This document shows, in pieces, positions 1-37,674 of a stretch of 64,000 bases of DNA. This stretch comes from the human T2T-CHM13v2.0 reference genome, Homo sapiens. The number at the start of each line of letters is the position of its first letter. Within the stretch, counting starts at the first letter, position 1. The DNA is taken from the NCBI RefSeq assembly GCF_009914755.1, contig NC_060934.1; one strand, written 5' to 3'. The translations under genes and the position numbers were made by a program. Under the pieces are notes generated by a model, which worked only from the letters and a program-made list of their open reading frames with translations, ran no database searches and was not told the DNA's origin.

Positions 1-234
1 TTTAGGGGCTCAGTGTGGAATTCCAGGCTCTGGGAAGGGACTAGAGAGGGCAAGTGAGAGTCCTAGTCCCTAAAGACCTAGAATCTAAGCAGGTCATGAA
101 GGTAGAAACTTGGACATGAGATGCACAGAATCCATGTCCCAGAGTTAGAAGAAAAAACAAGACCAAGTCACCAAAACACCACTGGATTTCGTTGCCAGAA
201 CAGAGACACAGGGACTGAGGTGACTGGTACTTAG

Positions 235-1149
<915 letters not shown>

Positions 1150-1466
1150 TTAGTCCCAGTTTGTTTTGCCAGAATTCCCTAAATTCACTGGCTAAGATCA
1201 GAGTTAAAGGGTCTTCCTACAATCTGCAGGGGAAGAGGACTTAATTGCCCCATTTTCAGGAATAGGAAGGATTTGGTACGTGGGAAACCAGGAACACTGG
1301 TAGACCAGTGTGAACAAAGGTTCAGTGCTTTTTCATGTTTATATTTAAGTGTATTAAAATTATGATATCCTGCATAAGTGCATTCAAAAGACACAATCCC
1401 CAGGATATTCCTCCTGGAAATGTCTACTCCTAGTTCATAGTATTAGGTGTCAAGACCCTGAGATTA

Positions 1467-1776
1467 GGCTGGGAGTGGTGGCTCACGCCTGTAATCCCAG
1501 CACTTCAGAAGGCCAAGACAGGTGGATCACTTGAGGTCAGAAGTTCGAGACCAGCCTGACCAACATGGTGAAACCCCGTCTCTACTAAAAATACAAAAAT
1601 TATGGGGGCCTGGTGGCACACACGCCTGTAATCCCAGCTACATGGGTGGCTGAGGCATGAGAATCCTTGAACCCAGGGGACAGAGGTTGCAGTGAGCCGA
1701 CATTGTGCCACTGCACTCCAGCCTGAGCAACAGAGCAAGACTCCATCTCAAAAAAAAAAAAACCAAAAACAAAAAA
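1467..1776 (+). mobile_element. AluS, full length
   Basis: Dimeric Alu with A tail; imperfect TSD accctgagatta/accttgggatta. Confidence 0.95.
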
Positions 1777-2930
1777 ACCTTGGGATTAGAAGTCAGACAG
1801 ACCAGGGCTTCTTCACATTCCAGCTTTGTGACCTTGAGCAAGTTACTTGACCCCATTGAGCCTCAGATTTTTCTTTCTATGAAATAGGGATGATAATATA
1901 ATGAGTATCTGTCATTTTGGTCTGTACAGTATCTGTTTCTTTGGTGATTAACACTTTCCTTAAATTACGTGTCAGCTGATAGTAATAACTCAGTAAATGA
2001 TCATTTTTATTAATTTTTATTACATTAGTAGCTGTACAGGGCACACCTTTGTATCTGAAAAGAAAGAAATCTACATTATCATGGTGGAATATAGTCACTG
2101 ACACATATTTTCATGAAAAATTCTCTATTCTGTATCAAGTAGATCCCGACCTAGAGAAGCTATGAGGGAAAATGTTCCCAAGCAAGCCTCAGGAAACACC
2201 CCGTACTTTGCCACGCATTGCATCCAGAGGTCCTGCAGCAAACCAATTCTAATTTTCCTTTCTCTGCATCAAAGTGTTCTTTTTGTCCTTTGTTTTCACC
2301 AGGCATTTCTGTAACCATCTTAGACCTCTCTCTAACTAGTAGACCCTGTGGTGAGAGTGATCATATCACATATAATGGCATGTCTGGCTTGGGAAATGAT
2401 GGGGATAATGTGGGTGGTGGTCACCGTTTAGACAAAGTCTACATAAATTTCAATTACTACCTGCAGCTATCCCCTGCACATACCTCTGTCCGGAGCTAGA
2501 GTCCACTGCTTTCTTTTACCAGAAACCGTACAGACAGAACCTATAATCTTCCTCCATCTTCTTCTTTCCTTGTTTTTATTTTCATTCTTCTCTTTTTACA
2601 ATGCAATATTCACAATTCAAATGCTGGCTAGTGAAACCTATGACATTAACCATCTGAGAGGACATCTTTTATCTCATAACAGCAAGATTGGCTCTCATCT
2701 CCCTGCTCAGGCAAAAGTTGCATAGTTGAAAACACAAGCATAGAGCACATACCTGAGTCATCTGTAAGCCATCTCTGCCTCTGGTTCACTTATAGTTAAA
2801 AATCACTGATGTTACTGCTTTTTCTCAAAAGAACATTTGCTGTTTTTCCATGTAGGAAAAGCTTTGTTAACTACGGACCCACACAAGTGCAGTGGAAAGA
2901 AAATTTCAGGATGGCAGAAAAGCTCATCTT

Positions 2931-3258
<328 letters not shown>

Positions 3259-3261
3259 CTA

Positions 3262-4217
<956 letters not shown>

Positions 4218-4627
4218 TATTTCTCAAATAGATTTCGCTTTCCAATTGTCTCATCCATTGTTGTCTCACTTTATAGCAGCTAATTTCTATAACCATTCTG
4301 TTGCCATATGTTAAAAAAAAAAGTGTTAAAATGTTTGTAGTAGAAACCTTATGCTTAGGGGAGCCCACTGCTGAGACTTGAAGATTTAGGTAAAGTCACA
4401 TGCGTTCCAGTTCTATTCCAAACCCTCTCATCCTCCCAGGATGCCCCACTGGACTGCACCAGGCACCACAATGCTGAGTCTACCTGACATTCACCACTGA
4501 GTAAGAAAGGACATATTTTCCACCTGGGAGAAATAAAGTCACAACTGCTGGAAATGAAATTGAACAGTTATCCTACAAATGCCCAGAAACTACACATGCA
4601 GGAGTTGAGCTGTAGGTACACTTTTAC

Positions 4628-9650
<5,023 letters not shown>

Positions 9651-9802
9651 CCTGAAAGCTTTTCAAAAAAGCCGAAACCAGGTCCCTAGCCCTCAGAGAT
9701 TCTCATTTAATTGAGCTGAAGAAGGACCTGAGCACATAATGGTATGTTTTGTTTGGTCTTTTTTTAGTAATCCAGGCGATTAAAATATGCAACCAGGGTT
9801 TC

Positions 9803-10031
9803 TCATGTTTTTTGGTTTTTTATTTTAAGTTCCAGGATACATGTGCAGGATGTGCAGGTTTGTTACATAGGTAAACCTATGCCATGGTGGTTTGCTGCAC
9901 CTATCAACCCATCACCTAGGTATTAAGCCCGGCATGCATTAGTTATTTCTCCTGATGCTCTCCCTCCCCCACCCCCCACCCCACAAGCCCCAGTGTGTGT
10001 TGCTCCCTTCCCTGTGTCCACGTGTTCTCAT
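9803..10031 (-). mobile_element. 5'-truncated L1PA 3' end
   Basis: 'acatgtgcaggatgtgcaggtttgttacataggtaaac...gctgcacctatcaacc' is the L1PA 3' UTR; TSD tgcaaccagggttt on both sides. Confidence 0.9.
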
Positions 10032-10170
10032 TGCAACCAGGGTTTTTAATCTTTCTAATTACTGGTGTAAGCAATAAGGTGCCCTTGCTGATTTTTGAAA
10101 CAAAAGGATATTTAACATATTTTTTGTTAATTACACAGATAAATGATCAATGTCACAAAATGAGAAATTA

Positions 10171-11340
<1,170 letters not shown>

Positions 11341-11364
11341 AATATATCTGTATTTTTCTCTATG

Positions 11365-11785
11365 TCATATGGTTTAAATCTGTGTCCTTGCCCAAATCTC
11401 ATGTGGAATTGTAATCCCCAGTATTGGAGGTGGGGCCTGGTGGGAGATGACTGGATCATGGAAGCAGAGTTCTCATGAATGGGTTAGCTCCATCACCTGG
11501 GTGTTATTCCTGTGATCCTCACTGAGTTCTCATGAGATGTGATTGTTTAAAAGTGTGTAGCACCTCCCCGCTCTCTTCCTCCTGTTCCGGCCATGTAAGA
11601 TGTGCCTGCTTCCTTTTCAACTTCCACCATGACGGTAAGTTTCCTGAGCCCACCCCCAAAGCCAAGCAGGTGCTGCTCTGCTTCCTCTACAGCCTGCAGA
11701 TTTGTGAGCCAATTAAACCTCTTTTCTTTATAAATTACCCAGTCTCAGGTGCTTCTTTATAGCGACGCAAGAACTGACTAATACA
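11365..11785 (+). mobile_element. MSTA/MSTB solo LTR (ERVL-MaLR)
   Basis: 'atatggttt...tgtaatccccagtattggaggtggggcctggtgggag...ataaattacccagtctcagg...ctaataca'; 5-bp TSD (c/a)tatg. Confidence 0.88.
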
Positions 11786-12796
11786 ATATGTAAATTGATG
11801 GTAGAAAAAGAAACAACTTTTCCTTTTTCCTATTTTTTAAAAAAGCCCAAGAAAGGAATCAACATACTTTCAAAAGCAGAGGGGACCAAGATAGCAATGT
11901 GTATTCTTTCCCTCTCTAAATCTTAACAATACTTACTAGAAGCTCTGAGTTCTTAACTGATCTATGAAGCCTGCTGTGATTTTTACCCTCTGATTTCCTG
12001 TATACTTATAGTCTCTAACACATGGCTTAGCTCTTAATCATAGAGTCTTTTACTCTTTTCCGATTATTAGTATTGGCTCCCAAACCAGACTGTAAATTCC
12101 TGGAGTACAGAGATTTCCCCCTCCACCATTACTTTCAATACTTACTTTTTGGGGCCAAAGTATCAAATGTAGTACAGGATGAATACTAAGTGTCTATTAG
12201 GAACATTTGTTGATCTTCAAGTTTGCAATTCAGTAATCTTACCGGCAGGCCACTTTAGTTACTGATGCACACTTTGTGTCCCTAAAGGCCAATCTCTAGG
12301 AATCCTTAAACTTACAAATATGTCAAAGATAGTCACTTCAATTTAGACAGTCTCTAAATAATCTAGCATTTGAGGTTTTCTCCCTTCCATCGGCTCTAGA
12401 AACCTAAGCTCCCCAAAGCCTCTTTTTCCCTATTTTTCACCAAATGACAGCTGCAATGACTTTCAGAGTTCAAGCCAGTACACAAATCATACTACCATGG
12501 AAATTTGCAATTCAATGTATTTAGCAAGCTCATTACACAATAAAACTTGAGGTCAGAGACTAAATTCTACTTTGCAGCAAACTAAAAGTGGTTTGACACT
12601 ATGCAACCAACAGTCTGTTCAATACAATACTTGCAAATGGGAAATTTTGCTTCTGTGGTAAACATTATCATTCTTTCAGTCTTTGGTTATAAAAGCAACA
12701 AAAATAATAAGCCTATTTTTTCCCTAAAAATGATACAGAGAAGCAATGAATGGTTTTTCTTTCTTGGTTTATATTAACTTGGAACTTCTCAGTGTC

Positions 12797-13344
<548 letters not shown>

Positions 13345-13597
13345 TAGACAATTTTTAATATCAGCAATTTTTCAACACAGTTCTTTTTCCTTTCCTTTTC
13401 TTTTTTTTTTTCCTGGTCCTTGACCCAGGATTCAATATAACCCTTTAAGAAAAAAACTTTTTTTCAGTGTTTTATTTTTTCTTCTTCCTTCTTTCTTTCA
13501 ATACATATTTGGTGCCTACTATGTGCCCCCACTGTGCCAGGCATTGAACAAACAATAGTGATCCCAACACTACTTAGTCATGAAGACAGATATAAGC

Positions 13598-14201
13598 CAG
13601 AGGCTGTAGACTGGCAGCTTTCAGGTCTACTGCAGCCCACACCTGACCTTGGTTTGGCCCACACAATATCATTTGAATTACTTCCCAACACTTTAAAACC
13701 GGAACATTTCACATAAAAAGTCAGAGTTCTGCCAGGCATAGTGGCTCACACCTGTAATCCCAGCACTCTGGGAGGCTGAGGTGGGTGGATCACGAGGTCA
13801 GGAGTTCAAGAGTAGCCTGATCAACATGGTGAAACCCCATCTCTACTAACAATACAAAAATTAGGCCAGTGTGGTGGCACGCGCCTGTAATCCCAGCTAC
13901 TCAGGAGGCTGAGGCAGGAGAATCGCTAGAACCCGGGAGGCGAGGTTGCAGTGAGCAGAGATCGTGCCACTGCACTCCAGCCTGGGCAACAGAGCGAGAC
14001 TCTGTCTCAAAAAAATAAATAAATAAAAAGTCAGCGTTCTGGATTATATGAAAAAATGGGAAAATCTGGTAGCACCAAGACCCTTACTCCCTCAAAAGAA
14101 CAACTGGCAAACCCGAGTGGGGACTTCCCTGGTCAGAGACATGGAGTTCTCACCAGGCCTCATGAAACCTTCCTCTCTCAGCACTGAGTTTATAACTGCT
14201 G
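13598..14201. mobile_element. MER102-like hAT-Charlie element with nested Alu (13731-14025)
   Basis: 'catttcacataaaaag...gaaaaaatgggaaaatctggtagcac' resembles MER102; Alu TSD ataaaaagtcag(a/c)gttct. Confidence 0.65.
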
Positions 14202-15552
14202 TATGAACCAGTCATGGAAATAAAAACTGCACAGGTGTCAATAATGGTGGATGTTATAAAAGAAAAGAGCTTTATTAGAGAATAGGAGAGGAGAAACTAA
14301 CTTAAACTGAGGGTCAAGGATGATCTCTTGAGGCCGTGGCATTTTTAACTATGTTCAGTACTGGCACTCACCTCTTATGAGGCACTTTTCCAAATAATAA
14401 ATGCCATTTATTGAGAGTCTATTGATGCCAGGTAACTTAATTTAATTCTCACAGAAACAATTCTGCATGATCTCCATCTTGCTGATGAAACACCTGAATT
14501 GAAATACTTGCTGTTCAAGAAGGTGAAAACATTAGCCCAAATATACAGAACCACAGGTGGAAAACCTGGGGTCAGAACAAAGCCCTGATTGATTCCAAAT
14601 TGTATGCTTGTTCCAGTAAAAAGAGATGCTTCAAATGAGGCCCAGTCCAATTCTAAGAGTCGGTTCTTCTCCATTCTTCCCAAAGCACATGACAAGAATA
14701 TTCAATAGGGAGCTCCCTTGTTTTTGCAATGAGATTGACCTTGTTCTCAGATTATACCTCCGCTTACTCATAGACCAGAGCAAGTTCTCACCATTAGAGA
14801 GCTTCACTGCCAGCTCTGCAGTGAAGCCCAGGATCTCTAGCCAGGTCTTGGGACCTGATCGTGTTTTCAATGATTCTAACCTGAGCCAGATTTATCAGGG
14901 CAGGTGCCTTTATATTGTCAGTCCTTTCCAGCCATATTGGTGTGAATTTCCTGCCTCCACCAATCAGCTGGGATTTCCCATCTCCATATTAACAGAACTT
15001 AAATTTTGTTTTGTCTGTATCACTTAACCAGGAGTGTGGTCATCTACAGAACCTGGATCTGATCTTTTAGGCTTTCCTCTCAGATCTCTGGATCAGAATG
15101 GATCGATGTGGCTGCATGTATTCTTTCTTTTTATTAGGTTGGTCCTAATATTATAAGGCTTTTTTGACCACTCAAATTCCTTATCATGGTGCCTGTTCCA
15201 AATTCTCCTCTAACTCATCCAGGATCCCAATTAAACAGTAACAGAAAATATCTTCCCAAGACATCACTGTGTTGCTACCACCCCCACAATTCAATTCAAA
15301 TCAAATATTAAAGTATGACATATGACATTCTGAAAATGAAACCAATAAAAGGAAAATATATATATACATACACACACATATATATATCTCCATCCAAGGA
15401 CAAGGCAAAAATGTAGGTATTCCAATTTTGGAAGGAAGCAGAATCTGAGAATTCACGGCATGATTTCTTAGCTTCCTAACGCTGTAGTCCTCACCACCAA
15501 GGCACTTCTACCTTTTTAGATCTTAGTTTCCTCATTAATAAATTTGCTTTTT

Positions 15553-16277
<725 letters not shown>

Positions 16278-16289
16278 TCATTTTTTTAA

Positions 16290-17300
<1,011 letters not shown>

Positions 17301-18023
17301 TTTAAAATGTTAGACAAAAATAGACTCAATTTGATGGAACTGATATGATTTACTGAGCACCTACTATATGCCCAGCATTTCTCTAAATACTTGGGATATG
17401 CCAGTGAACAAAATAAAGGTTCCTGCCCTTGTAGTGCTTACATTTTAATGGGAATCAATACAAAATGATAGATAGGATGAGGCAGTCTGAGCTTTATCTA
17501 GCCCTAACATTATTGGATGCTATATATAGTGAGCATAAATCTTGATCTACAGTCTTGGGCAATTAAGAAATATAACTTTATTTTCTATACTTTAATTTAA
17601 TTTTTATTTTAAGTCCTCATATTCCATTAATCTGACAGAGAGTATAAAGCTTGGACTTTTCACTTCTTCCCGTCACCTTCCCTGTTATGTCAATGTGCCA
17701 GGGAGCTTTCTACCAAAGCATTAGGGAAGTAAGTCATTCTTCCTATTATCTTTTGTAATTTTTTCACATAGCATTTGCTCAATAAATGCTTGTAGATCTA
17801 ATTTAGAAAAAAATGCATAATTATTTAATGAAAAGATTTTTATCTGGAACCCACCACATTCTTAAAATATTTGACTATCAGATGTATCTATAGTAAAGTT
17901 TCAAAACATAAAAGTAATTAGGATCAAGGGAAAAGAAAATATGTTTCTACAAACTGACAATAGCATTTTGTTCTAAGCACCCAAGTAGCCAAGGCAAAGG
18001 GGGAAAAAATTGGGAATCAATAG

Positions 18024-18660
<637 letters not shown>

Positions 18661-18775
18661 AGCAAAGTCTTTATGACTTGTATTACGGTGCCGACTTCCT
18701 ATCTCATCCTGTGACTTAGAGTGCCTTAACCCTCTGGGAATGCAGCCCAGTGGGTTTCAGCCTCATTTTACCCAA
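18661..18775. mobile_element. Isolated MER4-family LTR fragment
   Basis: 'tttatgacttgtat...tcctatctcatcctgtgacttaga...gggaatgcagcccagt...cagcctcattttaccca' matches recalled MER4 core. Confidence 0.7.
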
Positions 18776-19021
18776 AAGAGTAGATATATATTTAAGGATA
18801 AATAACATTGCCATTTAATAAATTATTACTGCTCTTAATCCAAGTCCATTGAAATTGTTCCTTAAAAGTCTGAGCTAAGTCAAATCGGAAATAATATTGA
18901 AGCATTAGCAAAATTAAAAGGAAATTTTATCCATAGGTAAAATGAAATTAAATAAGCCATTGTCAAGGATCAGGAGTGAGTTACTGACTAGCATAAACCT
19001 AGTTCAAGAAGCAAATGACTG

Positions 19022-19317
19022 GGCCAAAAGCGGTGGCTCACGCATGTAATCCCAGCACTTTGGGAGGCAGAGGCAGGTGGCTCACCTGAGATCAGGAGTT
19101 CCAGACCAGCCTGACTAACATGGTGAAACACCGTCTCTACTAAAAATACAAAAATTAGCCAGTTGTGGTGGCGGGTGCCTGTAATCCTATCTACTTTGGA
19201 GGCTGAGGCAGGAGAATGGCGTGAACATGGGAGGCGGAGCTTTCAGTGAGCCAAGATCGTGCCACTGCACTCCAGTCGGGGAGACAGAGCGAGACTCCGT
19301 CTCAAAAAAAAAAAAAA
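19022..19317 (+). mobile_element. AluS inserted at the 5' target site of the ADAD1 retrocopy
   Basis: TSD aagaag(c/a)aaatgact at 19006-19020 and 19319-19333. Confidence 0.92.
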
Positions 19318-19331
19318 GAAGAAGAAAATGA

Positions 19332-20806
19332 CTGGCAAGTCAGCTTTGTAAGGCTGCAATGTCGAGTCGATTTACCCTGCTTGCCAAAAAAGCTAAAAAA
19401 GAATTATTTGAAGCTAGCACATATCATGCAGCTAAGTGTATGTCTGCCTCCTATCAAGAAGCTAAATCTAAGTAGAAATCCTACTTAGAACAACATGGCT
19501 ATGGATCCTGGATTGTGAAATCTCCCTGCATAGAACAATTTAACATGTGAATTAGGCAATCCATTGTCACATTAAATATCTTGTATTGTTTGGTGTGTTT
19601 TGACTGGTAAAAATGTTTTTTAAATATTGGTAGTTTTCAACTTTCAGAATCAGAGTCTTAACAACAGCAATATGCAGTGATTGCTGAAAATTTCTAAATA
19701 TTCCTGCCAAATTACACTGAAACATTCGGGCTTTTTACTTTCTCGTTTTCTTGGAAAAGGACTTACATGTTTGAATATGTAGCCATTTTGTATTTATTTT
19801 TACAGATATTATAAAGCCATTATCCTTTTTGTAGTTTAGTAGAAATTTAATTTTCTTTAAGTTTTTGCTTGAAAGCTGTCCATATGGCTACCATATTCAA
19901 CCTTGTGTCCTGGCATCTCACTAAATTTTTTTTTTTTTTTTTTTTTGAGACAAAGTCTCGCTCTGTTGCCCAGGTTGGAGTGCCGTGGCACGATCTTGGC
20001 TCACTGCAACCTCCACCTCCCAGGTTCAAGCAGTTCTCTGCCTCAGTCTCCCAAGTAGCTGGGATTACAGGCGCCCGCCACCACACCTGGCAAATTTTTT
20101 TTTTTTTTTTTTTTTTTTTTAGTAGGGATGGGGTTTCACCATCTTGGCCAGGCTGGTCTTGAATCCCTGACCTCGTGATCCACCTGCCTTGGCCTCCCAA
20201 AGTGTTGGGATTACAGACGTGAGCCACCGAGCCCGGTGGCTCAATTTTTTAAAAATTAAATATTGGAAGTCAGGAATAAAAATAATAATTTGCACTAATT
20301 GATTAATTCTACAGACATTTGACTGCCTGATATTTGCCAGTCACCATGCTAGGTGTTAGTAAAGAAACAAAACCTACAACATCAGCTCTCATGTTAAAGG
20401 AGTTCATGAAAGCAAACTGCACATATAAAAGTAGAAAAACGTTAACCATGTTAAGGAATAATTTGATAGTAATTCTATCAACAGAGGATTCTCATATGTG
20501 TATTAAATAAGATTGTCCATTTTCAACTGCCCTACAAGATCTATCTTTACCAAATGTGATTTAATCCTTTATAACTTAGATTAACAGGGATTTCTAATTT
20601 AGAGGTCAGTAAAAGGCTGCTTAGCTTTATATCTGTATGTGTTTATAGAGTGGTTAGATGAAAAGGGAAAGTTTAGTTACTTTTGAGTTGGGAGAAGTAT
20701 CTTTAGTGAAATTGTTTGTCCCATACTTTAGCTTCTTTATCCTGTTCCTTGGTTTTCAATCACAGATATTTTAAACACTGTTGGTTAATAAATTAAAAAA
20801 AAAAAA
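19332..20806 (+). pseudogene. 5'-truncated processed pseudogene of ADAD1 (TENR, testis adenosine-deaminase-domain protein): C-terminal ~72 codons plus 3' trailer and A tail
   Basis: 19332-19550 translates as [71 protein letters not shown], matching the ADAD1 C-terminus as I recall it; premature TAG 19473-19475; A tail 20795-20806; TSD aagcaaatgact 20805-20816. Confidence 0.85.
19926..20236 (-). mobile_element. Alu within the ADAD1 retrocopy trailer
   Basis: Reverse-complement Alu with an expanded T linker. Confidence 0.92.
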
Positions 20807-20838
20807 GCAAATGACTTAGAGAATGAATGGTTGAACCA

Positions 20839-23614
<2,776 letters not shown>

Positions 23615-23770
23615 CCAATTTCTTAACAGAAAACAAATCTGAAGCAAATAAGGTATAGATAGATTGATAGATTATAAATCTACATTAGTCCAGTACCAAC
23701 AGGAAACAGATGCCATGCTCAAACTGGATAATTAAATATTGTTAAATGAAGAGATAATTTATAAAGGTGT

Positions 23771-24721
<951 letters not shown>

Positions 24722-24789
24722 CTAATCACAGCAGAAATCTCTTTCCACCCTAGGATGGAAGATGAATGGAGAGCAATATGGAACTTAAA

Positions 24790-28100
<3,311 letters not shown>

Positions 28101-28853
28101 CTCTCACACATTTTTTAGTTAGTCTTTCACTCTTCACCAAAATATTCATCTTGGCTTTGAGTAGTCTCTGCCTTCTAACGCACTCAATCCTTTATAAAAG
28201 TTTGGCTGTGTGTTGTCATATCATCCTCACAAATGAGATGGTTATGAAACATGGTATATTTGTTCATGGTAACTGATGAGTTCTTAGATCATATGCAGAT
28301 TTTCACTGGCTGTAAGAGAAATCTATATATTGATATGCATAGATACTCAATATATTATTGAATGTTTTATGGTATTTGGAAGGGGAGAGGAATTGGAATG
28401 ATGCCCTTGAATTATTTGCCAATAAAATTCAAGAGGGAACACTTTAAAGTGGTTAAGATAAAGAATGTTATGCTATGTATATTTTACTATGATAAAAAAA
28501 ATTCAGGGGGGAAAATACCAGAAAAACATGAGAAAAATAAGTTTACATATATTGAAGGAGTTACGGGACTACTTTGAATAAACAATGCAATGGCATCAAG
28601 TTCTTTGATTATGGTATGGCAGATTTATATATCTCATGCTTAGCAGTAGAGCAAAACTGAAATGGCCAGCCAGTATAAGAAACAACATCCAGCCAGCCAT
28701 CAGATTTCATGTTAGTCAAGTATGATTATAGTCACTTAAACAGTAAAAGTAACACTTCTCAATTTTTAATTTAAAGAATTAAGACATACCTATCATCTAG
28801 AATTACAAAATTTTAAGACAGGAAGAGACCATTTTTTACTAATAAAGAATACT

Positions 28854-29790
<937 letters not shown>

Positions 29791-29865
29791 AATACTGATA
29801 TCAGAGGAGAATAAAATATTTGCCCGAAATCACACTGTAACTCTAGACTGTGGGTCTTCAATCAT

Positions 29866-30760
29866 TGATTCAACAAATTTGTATTTGGTGCCTAAAACAT
29901 GCCAGGCATTGTGAATTGTTGGGACTATAGACATGAGTAGGACACTCAGACCCTGCCCACATGGAAGTGCCTGTCAAACAGGATAGCAGACCTAGGTAGA
30001 TGGCTGCAATGTAGTGTGATGAGTGCAATGGTGCAACTACGTACATACTTCCCCAGCAGTACAGAGAGTGATTCTGTCTCAAGAGCTCTTTATGAGAAAA
30101 TGAGAAAAAGTAAAAAGGACTTCATAAAGAGAAGGCATTCTTTTTTTTTTTTTTTTTTTTGAGACGTTTTCTCGCTCCGTCGCCAGGCTGGAGTGCAGTG
30201 GCAAGATCTCGGCTCACTGCAACCTCTGACTCCCTGGTTCAAGGGATTCTCCTGCCTCAGCCCTCAGCCTCCCGACTAGCTGGGATTACAGGCAAGCACC
30301 ACCACGCCCAGCTAATTTTTGTATTTTTAGCAGAGATGGAGTCTCACCATGTTGGCCACGATGGTCTCGATCTCCTGACCTCGTGATCCGCCCGCCTCGG
30401 CCTCCCAAAGTGCTGGGATTACAGGTGTGAGCTACCGCGCCTGGCCAAGAGAAGGCATTCTTTAACCAGATCTCCATTCAATAAGTAAAGTAGGAAGAAA
30501 AAGGAGACATCACATAGTCTGAAGTTCAGCATGGCTACAAGGATGGGGGACAGGTGAAAAATGGGGTGGGAGGAAAGAATGGAAAAATCATGCAGCTTGA
30601 AGGGGAGATAGAATTGCAGATGTCTAATGACCTTGTGCTAAATCACTTAGATTTTATTCTGGAGGCCACGAAGGCAAGACATTCAAGCTGGAAGTGGAAA
30701 CTGTATTTTTGAAAGAGAACTCTCACTCACAGTGGGCTGGAGAATGGATTATAAAGAAAC
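29866..30760 (-). mobile_element. L2 3' region with nested Alu (30139-30446)
   Basis: 'attcaacaaatttgtatttggtgcctaaaacatgccaggcatt' is the reverse-complement L2 tail; Alu TSD aagagaaggcattcttt. Confidence 0.7.
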
Positions 30761-31005
30761 TGGAGCCTGCAAGGTCCATTGCCAAGCTGCAGCAATGGTA
30801 CACTCACTACTTTATTTTCGTTTTCCAGTAAAAACCTTTGGGACTATGATGTTTTCACCCTCCAATATAAGCCAAGATGTCAAACTGTGAACTGCAGTTC
30901 AACCCTGACCAGTCACTGGCTTCTTCTAAAGCTTCTGCTACCACCCCGTCTTCATATGGATGGAGCATTCCTTTTCCCTCAAATACACCAAAATGTACTC
31001 CTAGG

Positions 31006-32452
<1,447 letters not shown>

Positions 32453-32767
32453 ATTATCCTGTGGAACTGCAAATTAATACAATCCGTAAAGCGGGTCATG
32501 TGAGAATGTCTACTAAAATTTTAAGCACACGTGTATTTTATCTAGCAATTCTACTCTTAGGGATTTATCCTATAAACATATTGGCACATTTGCAAAATTA
32601 TTTTTGAAGGATAAGTTAAGTAAATCATGGTACTTCTAAACATGAAATACTATGCAGCCAAAAATCTATTAAAAGTGGGGGAGGAGGCTCTATCTGTAGT
32701 AATATGGAAAGATAAAACCAACATATACCATTACATGAAAAAAAAATACAGAAGGTTATGCAAAGTA

Positions 32768-36565
<3,798 letters not shown>

Positions 36566-36755
36566 TTAACAACGGTTGGTTAAGTGTAGTATTCCTAGCA
36601 AAGATGCACTCTTGGCTCAGCTCTAGAGGGATGACTGAAGCCAACGTACAGCTGGGTATGGCACCAGAGTTCAAAACTGCTTTAGACAGGATCCCAAAAT
36701 GGAACCCAGAGGTCAGCCACCTGGATGCCAATCCTCCATCCTGCAGGGTTCATTC

Positions 36756-37486
<731 letters not shown>

Positions 37487-37674
37487 ATTCTATACCATGA
37501 TATTTGAATTCAGATGATCCAAATACCATCTCATATATGACAGGACACCTAGGATCCCCTCCAATTTTATGTATCTGGGGATTCTACAGAAAACAACTTT
37601 CTTCTCATCTCTTGTTCCAATGTCCTGTACCTGCTGAATTCTCAATCCCTCTCACATATCATCTTGTGAAGCTT

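Noticed and set aside
19246-19488. Listed 80-aa ORF across the Alu/ADAD1 junction
   Set aside because: It starts in the Alu and reads the pseudogene in the wrong frame
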